Part shown: positions 38,273 through 48,266 of the stretch, piece by piece | Position numbering within the stretch: position 1 is the stretch's first letter | How the letters are laid out: each line of letters starts with the position of its first letter | DNA from: Candidatus Hermodarchaeota archaeon | GTDB lineage: Archaea > Asgardarchaeota > Thorarchaeia > Thorarchaeales > Thorarchaeaceae | Assembly (NCBI GenBank): GCA_048885865.1 | Contig: JBHLLF010000003.1 | Span: 1-64,000 of the forward strand | Direction: 5' to 3' | DNA: 64,000 nt | The notes under the pieces: model-generated | The model's input: only the letters and a program-made list of their open reading frames with translations | What the model was told of the DNA's origin: nothing | Database searches by the model: none | Program-made: the position numbers and the translations under genes

Positions 38273-38387
38273 AATTAGTAGCCATTAATACATATTTAAG
38301 CAAATCTTGTTTGAGGATAAATTTACCAGATATAGCGCGCTTTTTCATAAATGAATTCTAAGCCGAAAGCCTATTTCTATGAGCATT

Positions 38388-39062
38388 CTACGCAATTCTA
38401 GATTTTACCTCTTTAACTATCTCATGTAGTGAGTTGAATACTTGAGAGGCCCCCGCCTTAATCAAGTCCTCCTCTGGTGTTTCGCCAGTGGTTACTCCCC
38501 AGAACTCAATTCCAGCGTTTTTTGCAGCAGCTGCATCGATTCTGGCATCACCGACATATACTACCTCATTGGCTTGTACTCCGACATCACTCATCAGTTT
38601 CCGGAGACCTTCAGGAAATGGCTTGGGACTGGGAGATTCGTTTCTGGTCTGAATTACATCAAAAAGGTCCTTTAGTGGAAGCTGTTTTAGAATGAGATCA
38701 ACAGCAGTTCGTCCATTGTTTGTGAGGATTGCAGTCTTTAGTCCGAGGGCTTTAAGCTCATGTACAACATCCATTGACCCATCGATAAGCTCCGCGTTTG
38801 TGGCGGCCCATCCTTCATGCCCACTGAGTGTCTTGTCAATCTCTTGCTCCATGCGCTCCCACTCAACCTCTGACACGCCTTGTGAGAAGAAATAATCCCG
38901 TGCCTTCACCCTGGAGCTTGAGATTCCATCAGCTGGATCGAATATATCATCTGGTGCACCCTGACCCCTATAGTACTCCTTTGTATCTCTCCTCATGGCA
39001 TCAAGTGGCAGAGCTAGGACTGTGAGAGTGCCGTCAAGATCAAAGAAGACCGCCTTCAACAT
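38388..39062 (-). CDS. HAD hydrolase (phosphoglycolate phosphatase-like)
   Basis: FDLDGT, LTNN, KPFP, VGDA..D. Confidence 0.9.
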   Translation of the reverse strand: MLKAVFFDLDGTLTVLALPLDAMRRDTKEYYRGQGAPDDIFDPADGISSSRVKARDYFFSQGVSEVEWERMEQEIDKTLSGHEGWAATNAELIDGSMDVVHELKALGLKTAILTNNGRTAVDLILKQLPLKDLFDVIQTRNESPSPKPFPEGLRKLMSDVGVQANEVVYVGDARIDAAAAKNAGIEFWGVTTGETPEEDLIKAGASQVFNSLHEIVKEVKSRIA

Positions 39063-39105
39063 AATCGAACCGCCGACTCTCTCCCCTCGCGTCAGCCTCT
39101 TAAGG

Positions 39106-39828
39106 TTAGTCCTCCGTAGATTCCTTCAGAAACTCACGAAGGTAGGTACCAGCGGAGTCAAGATGTATCAGATAGAAATGCCCCTCCCCCTTGAGCGCAA
39201 CAGTCTGTACTTTACTTCTTTCTAAAATCTTGGCCAAAGTCAACATGTCATCAAATGGAACCATGTTGTCGTTGGTGCCATGAAACATTAACGCTGGACA
39301 TTGAATATCAGATAGAGGCTCTAGTCCACTTGTAGTTTCTTTGGCCAAATCGAGAGATGCACTGAATGTCACTAGGAAGTCTGCCTTGGTGCTTGATGCT
39401 AGATGAAGAGCAACAGATCCGCCAAATGAATAGCCAACAATTGCTAGGGAATCCTTCTCTGTTTTATCAAGGAGTGCTTTTGAAGCATCTCTTGCGTCTT
39501 GAATGGCACCTGAGAATCCCCTGTAATCTGCTTGTGAGTCGACACCTCTGAAATTAAACCTAAATGTCGTATATCCCAGATCAAGGAGGATATCATCGGC
39601 AAATCTGATGACTCGATCATCTCGACTACCCCCATATAGAGGATGAGGATGAAGGAGTAGGGCAACGTCTTTGGATGGCAAATCGGGAGTACTCAAAATC
39701 CCTTCTATCTTGTCATCACCAACAGAGAATTCTACCGTCTGTAAATTCATGCTGACCTCTCCGCCCGAGAAGTGTTTGGCACCTATGACATAACTAGCTG
39801 TATTATTGTATTGTGCTATTTGGAGCAA
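39106..39828 (-). CDS. Alpha/beta hydrolase
   Basis: HPHP.YGG, FNFRGV, GYSFGG, HG..D, GEGH. Confidence 0.9.
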   Translation of the reverse strand: MLQIAQYNNTASYVIGAKHFSGGEVSMNLQTVEFSVGDDKIEGILSTPDLPSKDVALLLHPHPLYGGSRDDRVIRFADDILLDLGYTTFRFNFRGVDSQADYRGFSGAIQDARDASKALLDKTEKDSLAIVGYSFGGSVALHLASSTKADFLVTFSASLDLAKETTSGLEPLSDIQCPALMFHGTNDNMVPFDDMLTLAKILERSKVQTVALKGEGHFYLIHLDSAGTYLREFLKESTED

Positions 39829-39872
39829 TCAGATTTAAGGAAAGAAGCAAAATCGCTGAATGAGGCTTCCAG

Positions 39873-40898
39873 TTGAATGAGCTTGAAAATATTGATACCA
39901 CTGATATGAAAGCAATGGTTGCGTCGTTCCCCCTAATGTTAAGATCAGGCAGCCCAAGTGATGATTTTCTGAGCAAAGCAGAGAGAATTCAAAAACGGGG
40001 AATTGATGGCATTTGTCTTATTGGCATGGGAGGCAGTGCTATAGCTGGAGAGATTGTCAAGGATCTATTGGCTGATAGAGCCGAGAAACCGATTCTAACT
40101 AGCAGAGATTATATCTTGCCCAAGACAGTGAAAAGCGGTTGGGTCGTGGTCGCAGTTAGCTACTCTGGAAATACTGAAGAAACGATAGCAGGCTATAAGG
40201 AATCAGAATCCCGTAGATGCTCAACCTTCGTCCTAGCAACAGGGGGCGTCCTAATGGAGGTTTCTAATGAAACACCAGCGCATATAATGCCAGCAGGATT
40301 CCAACCAAGAGCGGCACTACCAGTCATCTTCGGAGGCGTTCTTCCTCTTGTTGAAACTCTACTGAACCTGGAACTTACCGACCTAGGAGAGGTTTCAAGG
40401 AAGCTGGAGCTGGCGTCGACCAAGTGGAATTCATCTGATCTCAGGCCGGGAAGGCTTGCCGGGTTACTCAAAGACAAAATTCCAGTCTTCATAGGATGGA
40501 GGCATCTGATTCCAGTTGCCTATCGGGCTAAATGCCAGTTTAATGAGAACGCAAAGGTATTTGCCTCCAGCGTTCAGATTCCAGAGATGTATCACAATGA
40601 AATCGAAGGCACACTCTCCTGTAGGGACCATCCCATTTCGCCAGTTTTCCTAAGAAGCAGAGAGGAGGATGAGAAAACCAGCATAGGAATCGAATCCGCA
40701 GCCGCCATCTTCGAGGAGAATGGCTGTCATCCAGAGCAGCTGGACTTGAGGTTTGACTCGAGAATCGAGGAAGCCCTTGGATTCACCTTTTACTTGGACA
40801 GCGTGTCAGTGAAGCTAGCAGAAGTCCTTGGAGTTGACCCTATAACTGTTGGGAGGATTGCACAGCTGAAAAAGAAGCTAAGGATTAGGGAAGAGTGA
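39873..40898 (+). CDS. Bifunctional phosphoglucose/phosphomannose isomerase
   Basis: GMGGS, SYSGNTEET, QPRAA, ENAK, PE..HNE. Confidence 0.92.
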   Translation: MNELENIDTTDMKAMVASFPLMLRSGSPSDDFLSKAERIQKRGIDGICLIGMGGSAIAGEIVKDLLADRAEKPILTSRDYILPKTVKSGWVVVAVSYSGNTEETIAGYKESESRRCSTFVLATGGVLMEVSNETPAHIMPAGFQPRAALPVIFGGVLPLVETLLNLELTDLGEVSRKLELASTKWNSSDLRPGRLAGLLKDKIPVFIGWRHLIPVAYRAKCQFNENAKVFASSVQIPEMYHNEIEGTLSCRDHPISPVFLRSREEDEKTSIGIESAAAIFEENGCHPEQLDLRFDSRIEEALGFTFYLDSVSVKLAEVLGVDPITVGRIAQLKKKLRIREE

Positions 40899-41487
40899 CT
40901 CCTTCATAGAAGAATCCGATTGTGCGCCTATACTGATTGGTGGACCTCATCACTAAATAGTTGTATCTTACAGTAAGACTCCAAGTCCAGTTCACTGAGT
41001 TGTATGCACTATATAGCACATCTTTATCCTTGTCATCCATGACATCACTTCTAATATTATGATTCTCATCATAGCCTGCATACAAAGGCTCTTGTTGAAA
41101 ACCAAACTCCCTTAGGAATGTAGCGTATATTATTGCTTGTTCGTTCAAGTGTGCTAGTATTCGAATATGAGAAAGATATGCTTCCCCAACTATGTCAGCG
41201 GGTGCTTTGAAATTGAGGACAAAGGAAATGGTGGGATTCACGCTATAATTAGTCGGATCAAGATTGGAAACGCTGATATCAGCAACATCGACTTCTAGGA
41301 ATTCTGCAACTGCAACACTGTTGCTATAATAACTTGCATTGCCAGCCAGAAGAGCCGCGCTTATGAGGCCTGAAGCGATTAATATGATTATAATCAAGTC
41401 TTGGATTCTTCTACCCTCGAACATCTGGCTGCACCGTTCCTCCTGAATGTTCAGCTCAATATCTCCCTTGCGCTTCAGGCATGTCAA
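40885..41487 (-). CDS. Membrane-anchored hypothetical protein
   Basis: N-terminal TM segment followed by a beta-rich domain. Confidence 0.7.
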   Translation of the reverse strand: MTCLKRKGDIELNIQEERCSQMFEGRRIQDLIIIILIASGLISAALLAGNASYYSNSVAVAEFLEVDVADISVSNLDPTNYSVNPTISFVLNFKAPADIVGEAYLSHIRILAHLNEQAIIYATFLREFGFQQEPLYAGYDENHNIRSDVMDDKDKDVLYSAYNSVNWTWSLTVRYNYLVMRSTNQYRRTIGFFYEGVTLP

Positions 41488-41505
41488 ATCGAGCCAACAG
41501 ACAGA

Positions 41506-42369
41506 TTAGAGATATGCGATTAATTGAATCAACCAAGGATAGATAGCCAGCAGCGAAGGAATCGGAATACCGGGGAGGGGCTCGTGCTCCCTTAGGAGAA
41601 AAGCGACATTAATGATAACGCCGATAACAGCAAGAACCATGGACGCAGCCCACACATATATCGGGAGATACAGCAACGCATGAGTGGATATCATAGAAAA
41701 AGCAACAAAGTCACCTGCTCCTACTGCTATGCTTTGAGATTGGATTCTGGTATAGTCGAAAGGATCTGAACCTGCTTTCTCATCCATCCTGTCGGCTTTG
41801 GCAGCAGGCGAGTACCGTATAAGCAGGTAGTCCTCGACCACCAGAGTCAAAATCAATACTATCATGCTTGAGGTTATGAAAGAAACTCCAAGGAAGGTTC
41901 CGAAGACGCTTCCATAGAATGCAGCAAAGAGACTCTTCATGAGTGGAGGTATTGCATCCATCATGATGAACACAATGGAAAACATGAACATGCCAAGAGA
42001 GCCTAATGAGATCAGGGATGGAAAGATTGTGTTTGATGTGCCTTTAAAGAGGATGAGAAGCAGAGACTGCCCGAGGACGAAGAACACCAGTGAGAGAATG
42101 GGAGAAACAATGAAGGCCACCATGATTCTGCGACCACGTGCGGATCTCCTTTCTAGTATCCAGAAAAGTGATAGAACTATTACAGACCCCAAACAAGCCG
42201 AGATTAATGCCTGGATAGCTAGTTCAGCTAATGTATAGGTTCTCGCGGGACTCGAGAAAACCTCATTGAAGAGAGGGTTCCCAAGTATTGCAAAGCCCAT
42301 TATGGATCCGATTAGGAAAGGTAGAATCGAGACTATTATGAGGATTCTTCGAGGCCTGTCTAGCTCCAT
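41506..42369 (-). CDS. Presenilin/SPP-like GxGD intramembrane protease
   Basis: About 9 TM; VEDY (YD equivalent), VGAGDF, LPGIP (PAL equivalent). Confidence 0.75.
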   Translation of the reverse strand: MELDRPRRILIIVSILPFLIGSIMGFAILGNPLFNEVFSSPARTYTLAELAIQALISACLGSVIVLSLFWILERRSARGRRIMVAFIVSPILSLVFFVLGQSLLLILFKGTSNTIFPSLISLGSLGMFMFSIVFIMMDAIPPLMKSLFAAFYGSVFGTFLGVSFITSSMIVLILTLVVEDYLLIRYSPAAKADRMDEKAGSDPFDYTRIQSQSIAVGAGDFVAFSMISTHALLYLPIYVWAASMVLAVIGVIINVAFLLREHEPLPGIPIPSLLAIYPWLIQLIAYL

Positions 42370-42452
42370 TAGTAACTCTAGTCAGGCAAGGATTTCTCTT
42401 TTAAAGAGAGTCTGATTCACGCAAATCAATAGATGTGAGTACTAAAGCATCC

Positions 42453-42484
42453 AAAAAAAGAAGGGGGAGGGGACAGTTGTCCCC
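42453..42484 (-). terminator. Hairpin plus U-tract terminator after the SBP gene
   Basis: Minus strand GGGGAC-AACT-GTCCCC followed by TCCCCCTTCTTTTTTT. Confidence 0.65.
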
Positions 42485-42495
42485 AAATGATAGAA

Positions 42496-44442
42496 CTACT
42501 TTTGTCTGAGAAGCACAAAGCCACCAACTAGGATGACCACTGCAGCACCCACAGCACCACCAATGATCGCAAGTGTGGGATCAAATGGCGGCGGAGGTGG
42601 AGGTGTCGTCGGGCCAGTTGTTGGCGGAGTCGTTGTCGTTGGCTCAGGATGCTCAATCGCATATGCCCAGTTTCTACGGGTTAACTCAGTGAACTCGTTG
42701 TCGATGTATTCCGTAACAATGAACGGACCCTGCACGACGTAGGGATCACCACCCTTGATTGGGTCCCAATCATTCCATCCTTCCAAGCCATACGGCTCGA
42801 TGATGTGCTTTGGTAGTGGGAATGTCCTGAATGCCACATTCTCGAAGTTCCAGAATGACTCTCGGTTCAGTTCAACTACAAACTGGAATGGTGTAGCCGC
42901 ATATGCAGCTGTCATAGACTGAATAGTGGCACTAGCACCATTGGGATTCCCGTATGCCAGCCCATCCTTATAGTAGTTGAACGTGAATGCGAAGTCTTCA
43001 GCAGTCACCGGTTGGCCGTCGCTCCAAGTTGCATTCTGAATCAGGTTGAATACAAACCTGTGGTTACCTACAGGTACTATGTCAGGATGGGTATCGTGGG
43101 TTTGTATATCCCAAGACTCTGCCAGGACGCCGATATAATCGGCGTTCTCATCCTTTTCAACTAAGCCAGGCCACATCTCGAAGAGAATGGCCCAGGTGTA
43201 GTAACCAATACCAGACATCACGTTGAAGCTGTCGATGTCTATAGAGGAACTCACGTAGAATGTTCCGCCATAGGGTCCGCCCTCGGATTCCTTCAGGTGA
43301 ACCTTCATGCTTGTCCAGAAGTTTGGAACATTTGCGCCTAGCTGTGCCACGTGTCCCTCCCACTTGTCAGTTCTGATGGCAGAGAAAGCTTTGTTGTTGT
43401 AGGCAATGACTCTTGGACATTCGTAGTGTAGAACATCCTGCATTGGCCCAATGGCGGCACGTACTTCCTCCTCAGTCTTAGCATTCAGGAAAGCGTCCAT
43501 TAGGTCGTCGAAGGTTGAATTGACGAAGTTCGCTGAGTTGTAGTAGTCCACGCCATAGTATCCACCATAGAAGTCGCCATACATGTAGTATACAGCGTTG
43601 AAGAAGTCTTCCCTAAAGCTGTATCCGTAGAATGTGATCCACCAGTCTGGGTCATGGAAGTTCAGACGACTGACGTACTGGTAGAAGTCGGTCATGAAGG
43701 GTTCAGCCTCAAGGCCAATCGCATTGAGCGTGGCAGCACCGATAATTCCAGCCTGACTTGACTGGAAATCTTCGGCATGGGCAGCAACTTGAATCACACC
43801 AATCTCCGAACCGTCAGGATTCTCACGCCAACCATCAGCATCGATGTCAAGAAGACCTGCATCATCTAGCAGTTGGTTCGCGATATCGAGATTCTGTTCA
43901 TAGTAGTAATATGTGAAGTCCTCTTCAGTGGTCCAGGGTCCCGGAGGAACAAGGGAGTCCCATGGTCGCGACTCACCAGCCCAGAGCACTTCAGAAACAT
44001 CATACTTGTCCAACGCGTATGCATAGGCCCTTCTCACTGCTGTTATGTTGAGTGGATACCTATCACAGTTGAATTCATAGAAGCCAAAACCGTTTCTCCA
44101 GTCGCCAAATGCTTCCACGTTATCAGCGGCAGTAAGCTGCGGCAGATAAGTGGTGTCAATTGATGACTCCCATATCATATCTACCTCGCCATTGATAAGC
44201 GCCAACATCTGCTGTTCAGTGTTAGGTTGGACTCTGAACACCATCTTATCGATATATGGGCCATGTTTGGACTGACTTGGCAGTCCAGGATATGGCAATG
44301 TTTGCGCTGTTACAAAAATAGGCGAAATAGACATGAGAAGAAAGCCAGCGACGAGAAAGGTAGCTATGGCTACTCTTTTTCGATTACTTAGCATATTCTC
44401 TCTATCTCCTATCCCCGAGTCGAAATCGGATGGCACACTCAT
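42496..44442 (-). CDS. Peptide ABC transporter substrate-binding protein (family 5, domain-permuted order) with C-terminal TM anchor
   Basis: Signal peptide; VRRAYAYALD; LAESW...ATWSDGQPVTAEDFAFT in the C-terminal half; Thr/Pro linker plus TM. Confidence 0.9.
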   Translation of the reverse strand: MSVPSDFDSGIGDRENMLSNRKRVAIATFLVAGFLLMSISPIFVTAQTLPYPGLPSQSKHGPYIDKMVFRVQPNTEQQMLALINGEVDMIWESSIDTTYLPQLTAADNVEAFGDWRNGFGFYEFNCDRYPLNITAVRRAYAYALDKYDVSEVLWAGESRPWDSLVPPGPWTTEEDFTYYYYEQNLDIANQLLDDAGLLDIDADGWRENPDGSEIGVIQVAAHAEDFQSSQAGIIGAATLNAIGLEAEPFMTDFYQYVSRLNFHDPDWWITFYGYSFREDFFNAVYYMYGDFYGGYYGVDYYNSANFVNSTFDDLMDAFLNAKTEEEVRAAIGPMQDVLHYECPRVIAYNNKAFSAIRTDKWEGHVAQLGANVPNFWTSMKVHLKESEGGPYGGTFYVSSSIDIDSFNVMSGIGYYTWAILFEMWPGLVEKDENADYIGVLAESWDIQTHDTHPDIVPVGNHRFVFNLIQNATWSDGQPVTAEDFAFTFNYYKDGLAYGNPNGASATIQSMTAAYAATPFQFVVELNRESFWNFENVAFRTFPLPKHIIEPYGLEGWNDWDPIKGGDPYVVQGPFIVTEYIDNEFTELTRRNWAYAIEHPEPTTTTPPTTGPTTPPPPPPFDPTLAIIGGAVGAAVVILVGGFVLLRQK

Positions 44443-44582
44443 TCTAAAAGCCGATAAAAGTGTTATGATGTGATGAGAAACACACTATGCCTCAAATAGG
44501 AGAATTGATGGAAGAGGATGGAGAGAGGCGATGAATTAAGGGCCCATCCTCCATCCGTTTTGCTGATTCCCCGAATATGATG

Positions 44583-45665
44583 CTATCCGTACTTAATGCG
44601 CGGATCGAGGTACCCATACAAGAGGTCGGCGATAAAATTCGCCAATACAGCCGTAATTGCGACTATCATGAAGATAGCCTGAACGACTGGATAGTCCAAC
44701 AATAATAGACTGTCGAAGATATACCTGCCAAGGCCAAACCAATTGAAGACGGTTTCCGTCAGTGTTGCTCCATTAATCAGGAATCCGAAAGTAATTGCAA
44801 TCGCTGTTACCATAGGAAGCATTGCGTTCTTCATACCATGTTTGTACAAGACTTGGTTCTCGTCGAGTCCCTTTGCCCTAGCTGTCAGGATGTAGTCTTC
44901 AGTCATTACGTCGATCAGATTATTTCTCATGTAGAGGAAATATCCACCATAACCGCCTATTCCCAAGGCTATCATTGGTAGCAACAGATGGAGAAGAATA
45001 TCTCCAGCGATGACAAGCGCACCCAGCGGCTGGTCCTTAAAAGCGATCCATACCTCGTAGCTTATCGTTCCTCCCGAAGGTAGTCCTATACCGCCTTCGA
45101 CTAATCCAGATGTCAGTTCCGGCAGTGTATAGGAAAAGAACAGTAGCAGTATCATTCCCATCCAGAATATAGGAAGTGAATAGGTGAACAATGCAAGCGT
45201 GACAGCTCCAACATCTTTCCGTGAACCTGGATCTGAAGCTGCTTTCACACCAGTCCAAATCCCTAGGATAATGGCAACTATTGAGGACGTGCCCATCAGA
45301 AGCAGTGTGTTCGGTAGACGAGCCATAATTTCATCCATAACAGGCCTCTGACTTTGAAATGAGAATCCGAAATCTCCGCTGAACATATTCACAATATATC
45401 GCCAAAACATGTAGATCCAATCAAAGATGTCTGGATCCGGAACAAGCCCGTAGTTCTGATAGAGAAATTGGAGCGACTCATATGGCATTGTGGCCCTTTG
45501 CTCTGGGCCAATCATGAGGTCAAGTGGACTAACACCAAACAGAAAGGTTGGAAGTCTGAATATGAAGAAGTTGAAGCAGACAACAGCTACTATGAGAAGA
45601 AACATGTAGATGGTTCTTCTAATCACGTATTCTCGCAGTCCCATCTGTAAACTCTCCGTTGTCAT
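44583..45665 (-). CDS. dppB: Peptide ABC permease
   Basis: GDFGFS, RLPNT, EDYILTARAKGL, ETVFNW.GLG. Confidence 0.93.
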   Translation of the reverse strand: MTTESLQMGLREYVIRRTIYMFLLIVAVVCFNFFIFRLPTFLFGVSPLDLMIGPEQRATMPYESLQFLYQNYGLVPDPDIFDWIYMFWRYIVNMFSGDFGFSFQSQRPVMDEIMARLPNTLLLMGTSSIVAIILGIWTGVKAASDPGSRKDVGAVTLALFTYSLPIFWMGMILLLFFSYTLPELTSGLVEGGIGLPSGGTISYEVWIAFKDQPLGALVIAGDILLHLLLPMIALGIGGYGGYFLYMRNNLIDVMTEDYILTARAKGLDENQVLYKHGMKNAMLPMVTAIAITFGFLINGATLTETVFNWFGLGRYIFDSLLLLDYPVVQAIFMIVAITAVLANFIADLLYGYLDPRIKYG

Positions 45666-45841
45666 GATGAATAGTACCTAGCTTCACTAAGTACCTGGCT
45701 GAGTCGTAGTACAGAACTCACTTCCTAATAAGGATGATGTTCAAAGAGTTCTGAAAGAAACAGTTCTTGGTTATCACCTGGATTTACAGCAATAGGTCTG
45801 ATGAATGACGAGTCCATGATATTTTGGAAAAGAATGAGAGA

Positions 45842-45863
45842 GAAGAGGCATTAATGCCTCTTC
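45842..45863. repeat. Perfect 22-bp palindrome downstream of dppC
   Basis: GAAGAGGCATTAATGCCTCTTC. Confidence 0.8.
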
Positions 45864-45874
45864 CTCAATGTTGT

Positions 45875-47455
45875 CTATCTCTCTCGTAATCTTGGATTTA
45901 GCACTTGGTCAAGTGTGTGACCAATGAAGGTGAATGCCAGGCTGATTGCGGTTATCATCAGTCCCGGAAAGATCACCACCCACCATGCACCATTTCCAAA
46001 GGCACCGCCGATTTGAGCATCAGCCAGCATCCGGCCCCAGCTTGGTTCACTTGGATCAGTTAAGCCAAGGAACGAAAGCGCGGACTCGGAAAGAATCGCT
46101 GCAACCACGCCCAAAGTAATATCCGCGAATAGGAGCGGCGTTACATTAGGCATAATATGCCTGAAGATGATATAGGTATCAGTGGCTCCAATCGCACGTG
46201 CAGCCTCCACATAGCTTTTGTTCTTCTCAGCTAGCACCTGGGACCGGATAAGTCGCGAGGTGCCCGTCCATCCAAGAATTGCTATCACTATGATTATTGT
46301 ATCCACTGAAGGACCCATGAATGCCGCAAGAACCATTAGTAGCGGTAATCGCGGTATGACCAAGAGGAAGTCTACTACACGCATGACGAGTTCGTCAACC
46401 TTCCCACCAAAGTAACCTGATATCAGCCCTACAGCAACGCCTGCTGCAGTGGATAGAGAAGCCGCAATGAGACCTATGTATAGAGAGATTCTTGTGCCAT
46501 ATACCAATTGACTCCAAGCGTCAGCACCCTTGTCTGTTGTGCCCAGTATGCCAAAGTAATCTCCGAAAGCCACACATTCCAAGTGCGTGATTGTTGCTTT
46601 AACCGATCCGTTATAGTATGTCCAAGCTGCTGGACCGGTTGCGTTGCTTGCGAATGAATATGTGGGTGCGAGGCCTACAGCCACTGTCAGCCTGTCGAGT
46701 GGATCCTGCTGCCCTTCACCTTCATCTATCATGCCCTCCCAGCCTTCTAGTATCTCAAGGAAACCAAGATCAATGGGGCGATTGACGAGAACTCCAGTAT
46801 ATGGAGGCACAGATTGGAAGATTCTTGTCCAATTCCCGGACGAATCAATTATCCAGACCATTAACTCAAACATCTTGCCACCATACTGGTTAGTACGAAA
46901 GTCACCTGATGTTTCTATTCTGTAGCTCACGCTAATGTTGACATCTTTTGGAAGCCGATCATATTCCCAATCAAAAGTCTGTGCATAGTAGACAAAGTCC
47001 ATTGTATCGGGCAAATAGTCATCAGGGTCTGGCGGTGATCGGAATTCAATACTTGTGTTGGCAATATGTGTCCACTCGAATGTTACATTGCTCTTTTCAT
47101 CAGGCGATGTAGCAAAATTCCGTGTTCCAGTGAATTCACCTGAGCTGCCCTCAACGATGACCTCTCCAATCGATGCAGAATCCAAATCCGGATCCGGCAA
47201 ATAGTTCCTAGTAACTACCCCTGTGGGATCGAAGATTTCAGTCCATTGTGGTGCCATGAATCTTGGGCCAACCTTGACTGACGGGGATGGGTCATGAGTG
47301 GCAAAAACTGGAGCGCCAACTGCCATGACTAAGAATATCACTAGTGCAAGAACTCCAATTAATCCCATTCTGTGCTTGCGATATTCCCGCCAAAATCCCG
47401 TTATGCTAATGTACCAGCCGCTATCTTTCCAACTTGCTGTACTTGTATCAGACAA
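45875..47455 (-). CDS. dppC: Peptide ABC permease with large extracytoplasmic insertion
   Basis: LGT...G.D, G.RISL, YVEAARAIGA, LSFLGL, PSWG; about 230 extra aa after TM1. Confidence 0.92.
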   Translation of the reverse strand: MSDTSTASWKDSGWYISITGFWREYRKHRMGLIGVLALVIFLVMAVGAPVFATHDPSPSVKVGPRFMAPQWTEIFDPTGVVTRNYLPDPDLDSASIGEVIVEGSSGEFTGTRNFATSPDEKSNVTFEWTHIANTSIEFRSPPDPDDYLPDTMDFVYYAQTFDWEYDRLPKDVNISVSYRIETSGDFRTNQYGGKMFELMVWIIDSSGNWTRIFQSVPPYTGVLVNRPIDLGFLEILEGWEGMIDEGEGQQDPLDRLTVAVGLAPTYSFASNATGPAAWTYYNGSVKATITHLECVAFGDYFGILGTTDKGADAWSQLVYGTRISLYIGLIAASLSTAAGVAVGLISGYFGGKVDELVMRVVDFLLVIPRLPLLMVLAAFMGPSVDTIIIVIAILGWTGTSRLIRSQVLAEKNKSYVEAARAIGATDTYIIFRHIMPNVTPLLFADITLGVVAAILSESALSFLGLTDPSEPSWGRMLADAQIGGAFGNGAWWVVIFPGLMITAISLAFTFIGHTLDQVLNPRLRER

Positions 47456-47628
47456 TTGGCAACCTCCGTTGCACAGGCTCAGGAAACCAGCAATAGAGCT
47501 AGCATTCTTGAGTCATTTGATAACTTTGAGATGCGCTAGCGGACCTATAAAAAAGGCTTCGCCTTCTGGTAGTTGTTATTAGTTTAACGGAATCAGCAAT
47601 GCATAATTCGGATAGATGAATACAATTG

Positions 47629-47985
47629 CTAATTTGTCTCCTCAAAGGACTCTGTGAAAGGGTCAGGACCAGAAATGTCTTCATCTTCAATTCCCTCCTC
47701 AGACAATGTGACGTCCTGGTCGTTCATCCTTGCCTGTCGGTCCTTCATGAGTTGCCTTGTCCTTCTTGCAGAAACCCAGAGGTCAGCAAAGACCATTCCC
47801 ACGAGGAACACACTGAGTGAGCCAGCAAGAGCAATGACTGTCCCTACGAATCTGAAGTTAGGATGCGCCAAGTTGAGAAGTAGGCCCCCGATCATAAGGA
47901 CAATCGGAATCAATAGTATTCGCTTTTTGGGTTCCCTTTGAGTTCTTGGAAATGCTTTTACTCCCATAGCAACCGTTGGCTGCAA
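47629..47985 (-). CDS. Small membrane protein
   Basis: 2 TM segments, acidic tail. Confidence 0.6.
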   Translation of the reverse strand: MQPTVAMGVKAFPRTQREPKKRILLIPIVLMIGGLLLNLAHPNFRFVGTVIALAGSLSVFLVGMVFADLWVSARRTRQLMKDRQARMNDQDVTLSEEGIEDEDISGPDPFTESFEETN

Positions 47986-48266
47986 TCAATCTATCCCTTT
48001 TTACGGTTTCGAACTTGACTTCTTTATCCTTTCATTAGGAATCAATAGGCCCATTCTCCTTGCATAAATGAAAGCTATAGGAATAATGGAAATAATCAAT
48101 TTCCAGATGAGTCGTGCTGAATTGAAGCCTGTGAAAGTGAAATATCCAATTTCAATCAGTGCTATTTCCGTTAGGTATTTAAGATGTACACCTGACCTCC
48201 CTGATTTAGTGGGGACTGGATTAGGTATCCCAGAGAATTATCTCACTCCCTGCGGAGATAGGAATC

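Noticed and set aside
45664-45830. Scattered ATGATGA/CTGA/ATGACGA motifs
   Set aside because: Spacing is not canonical and there is no terminal D box or closing stem.
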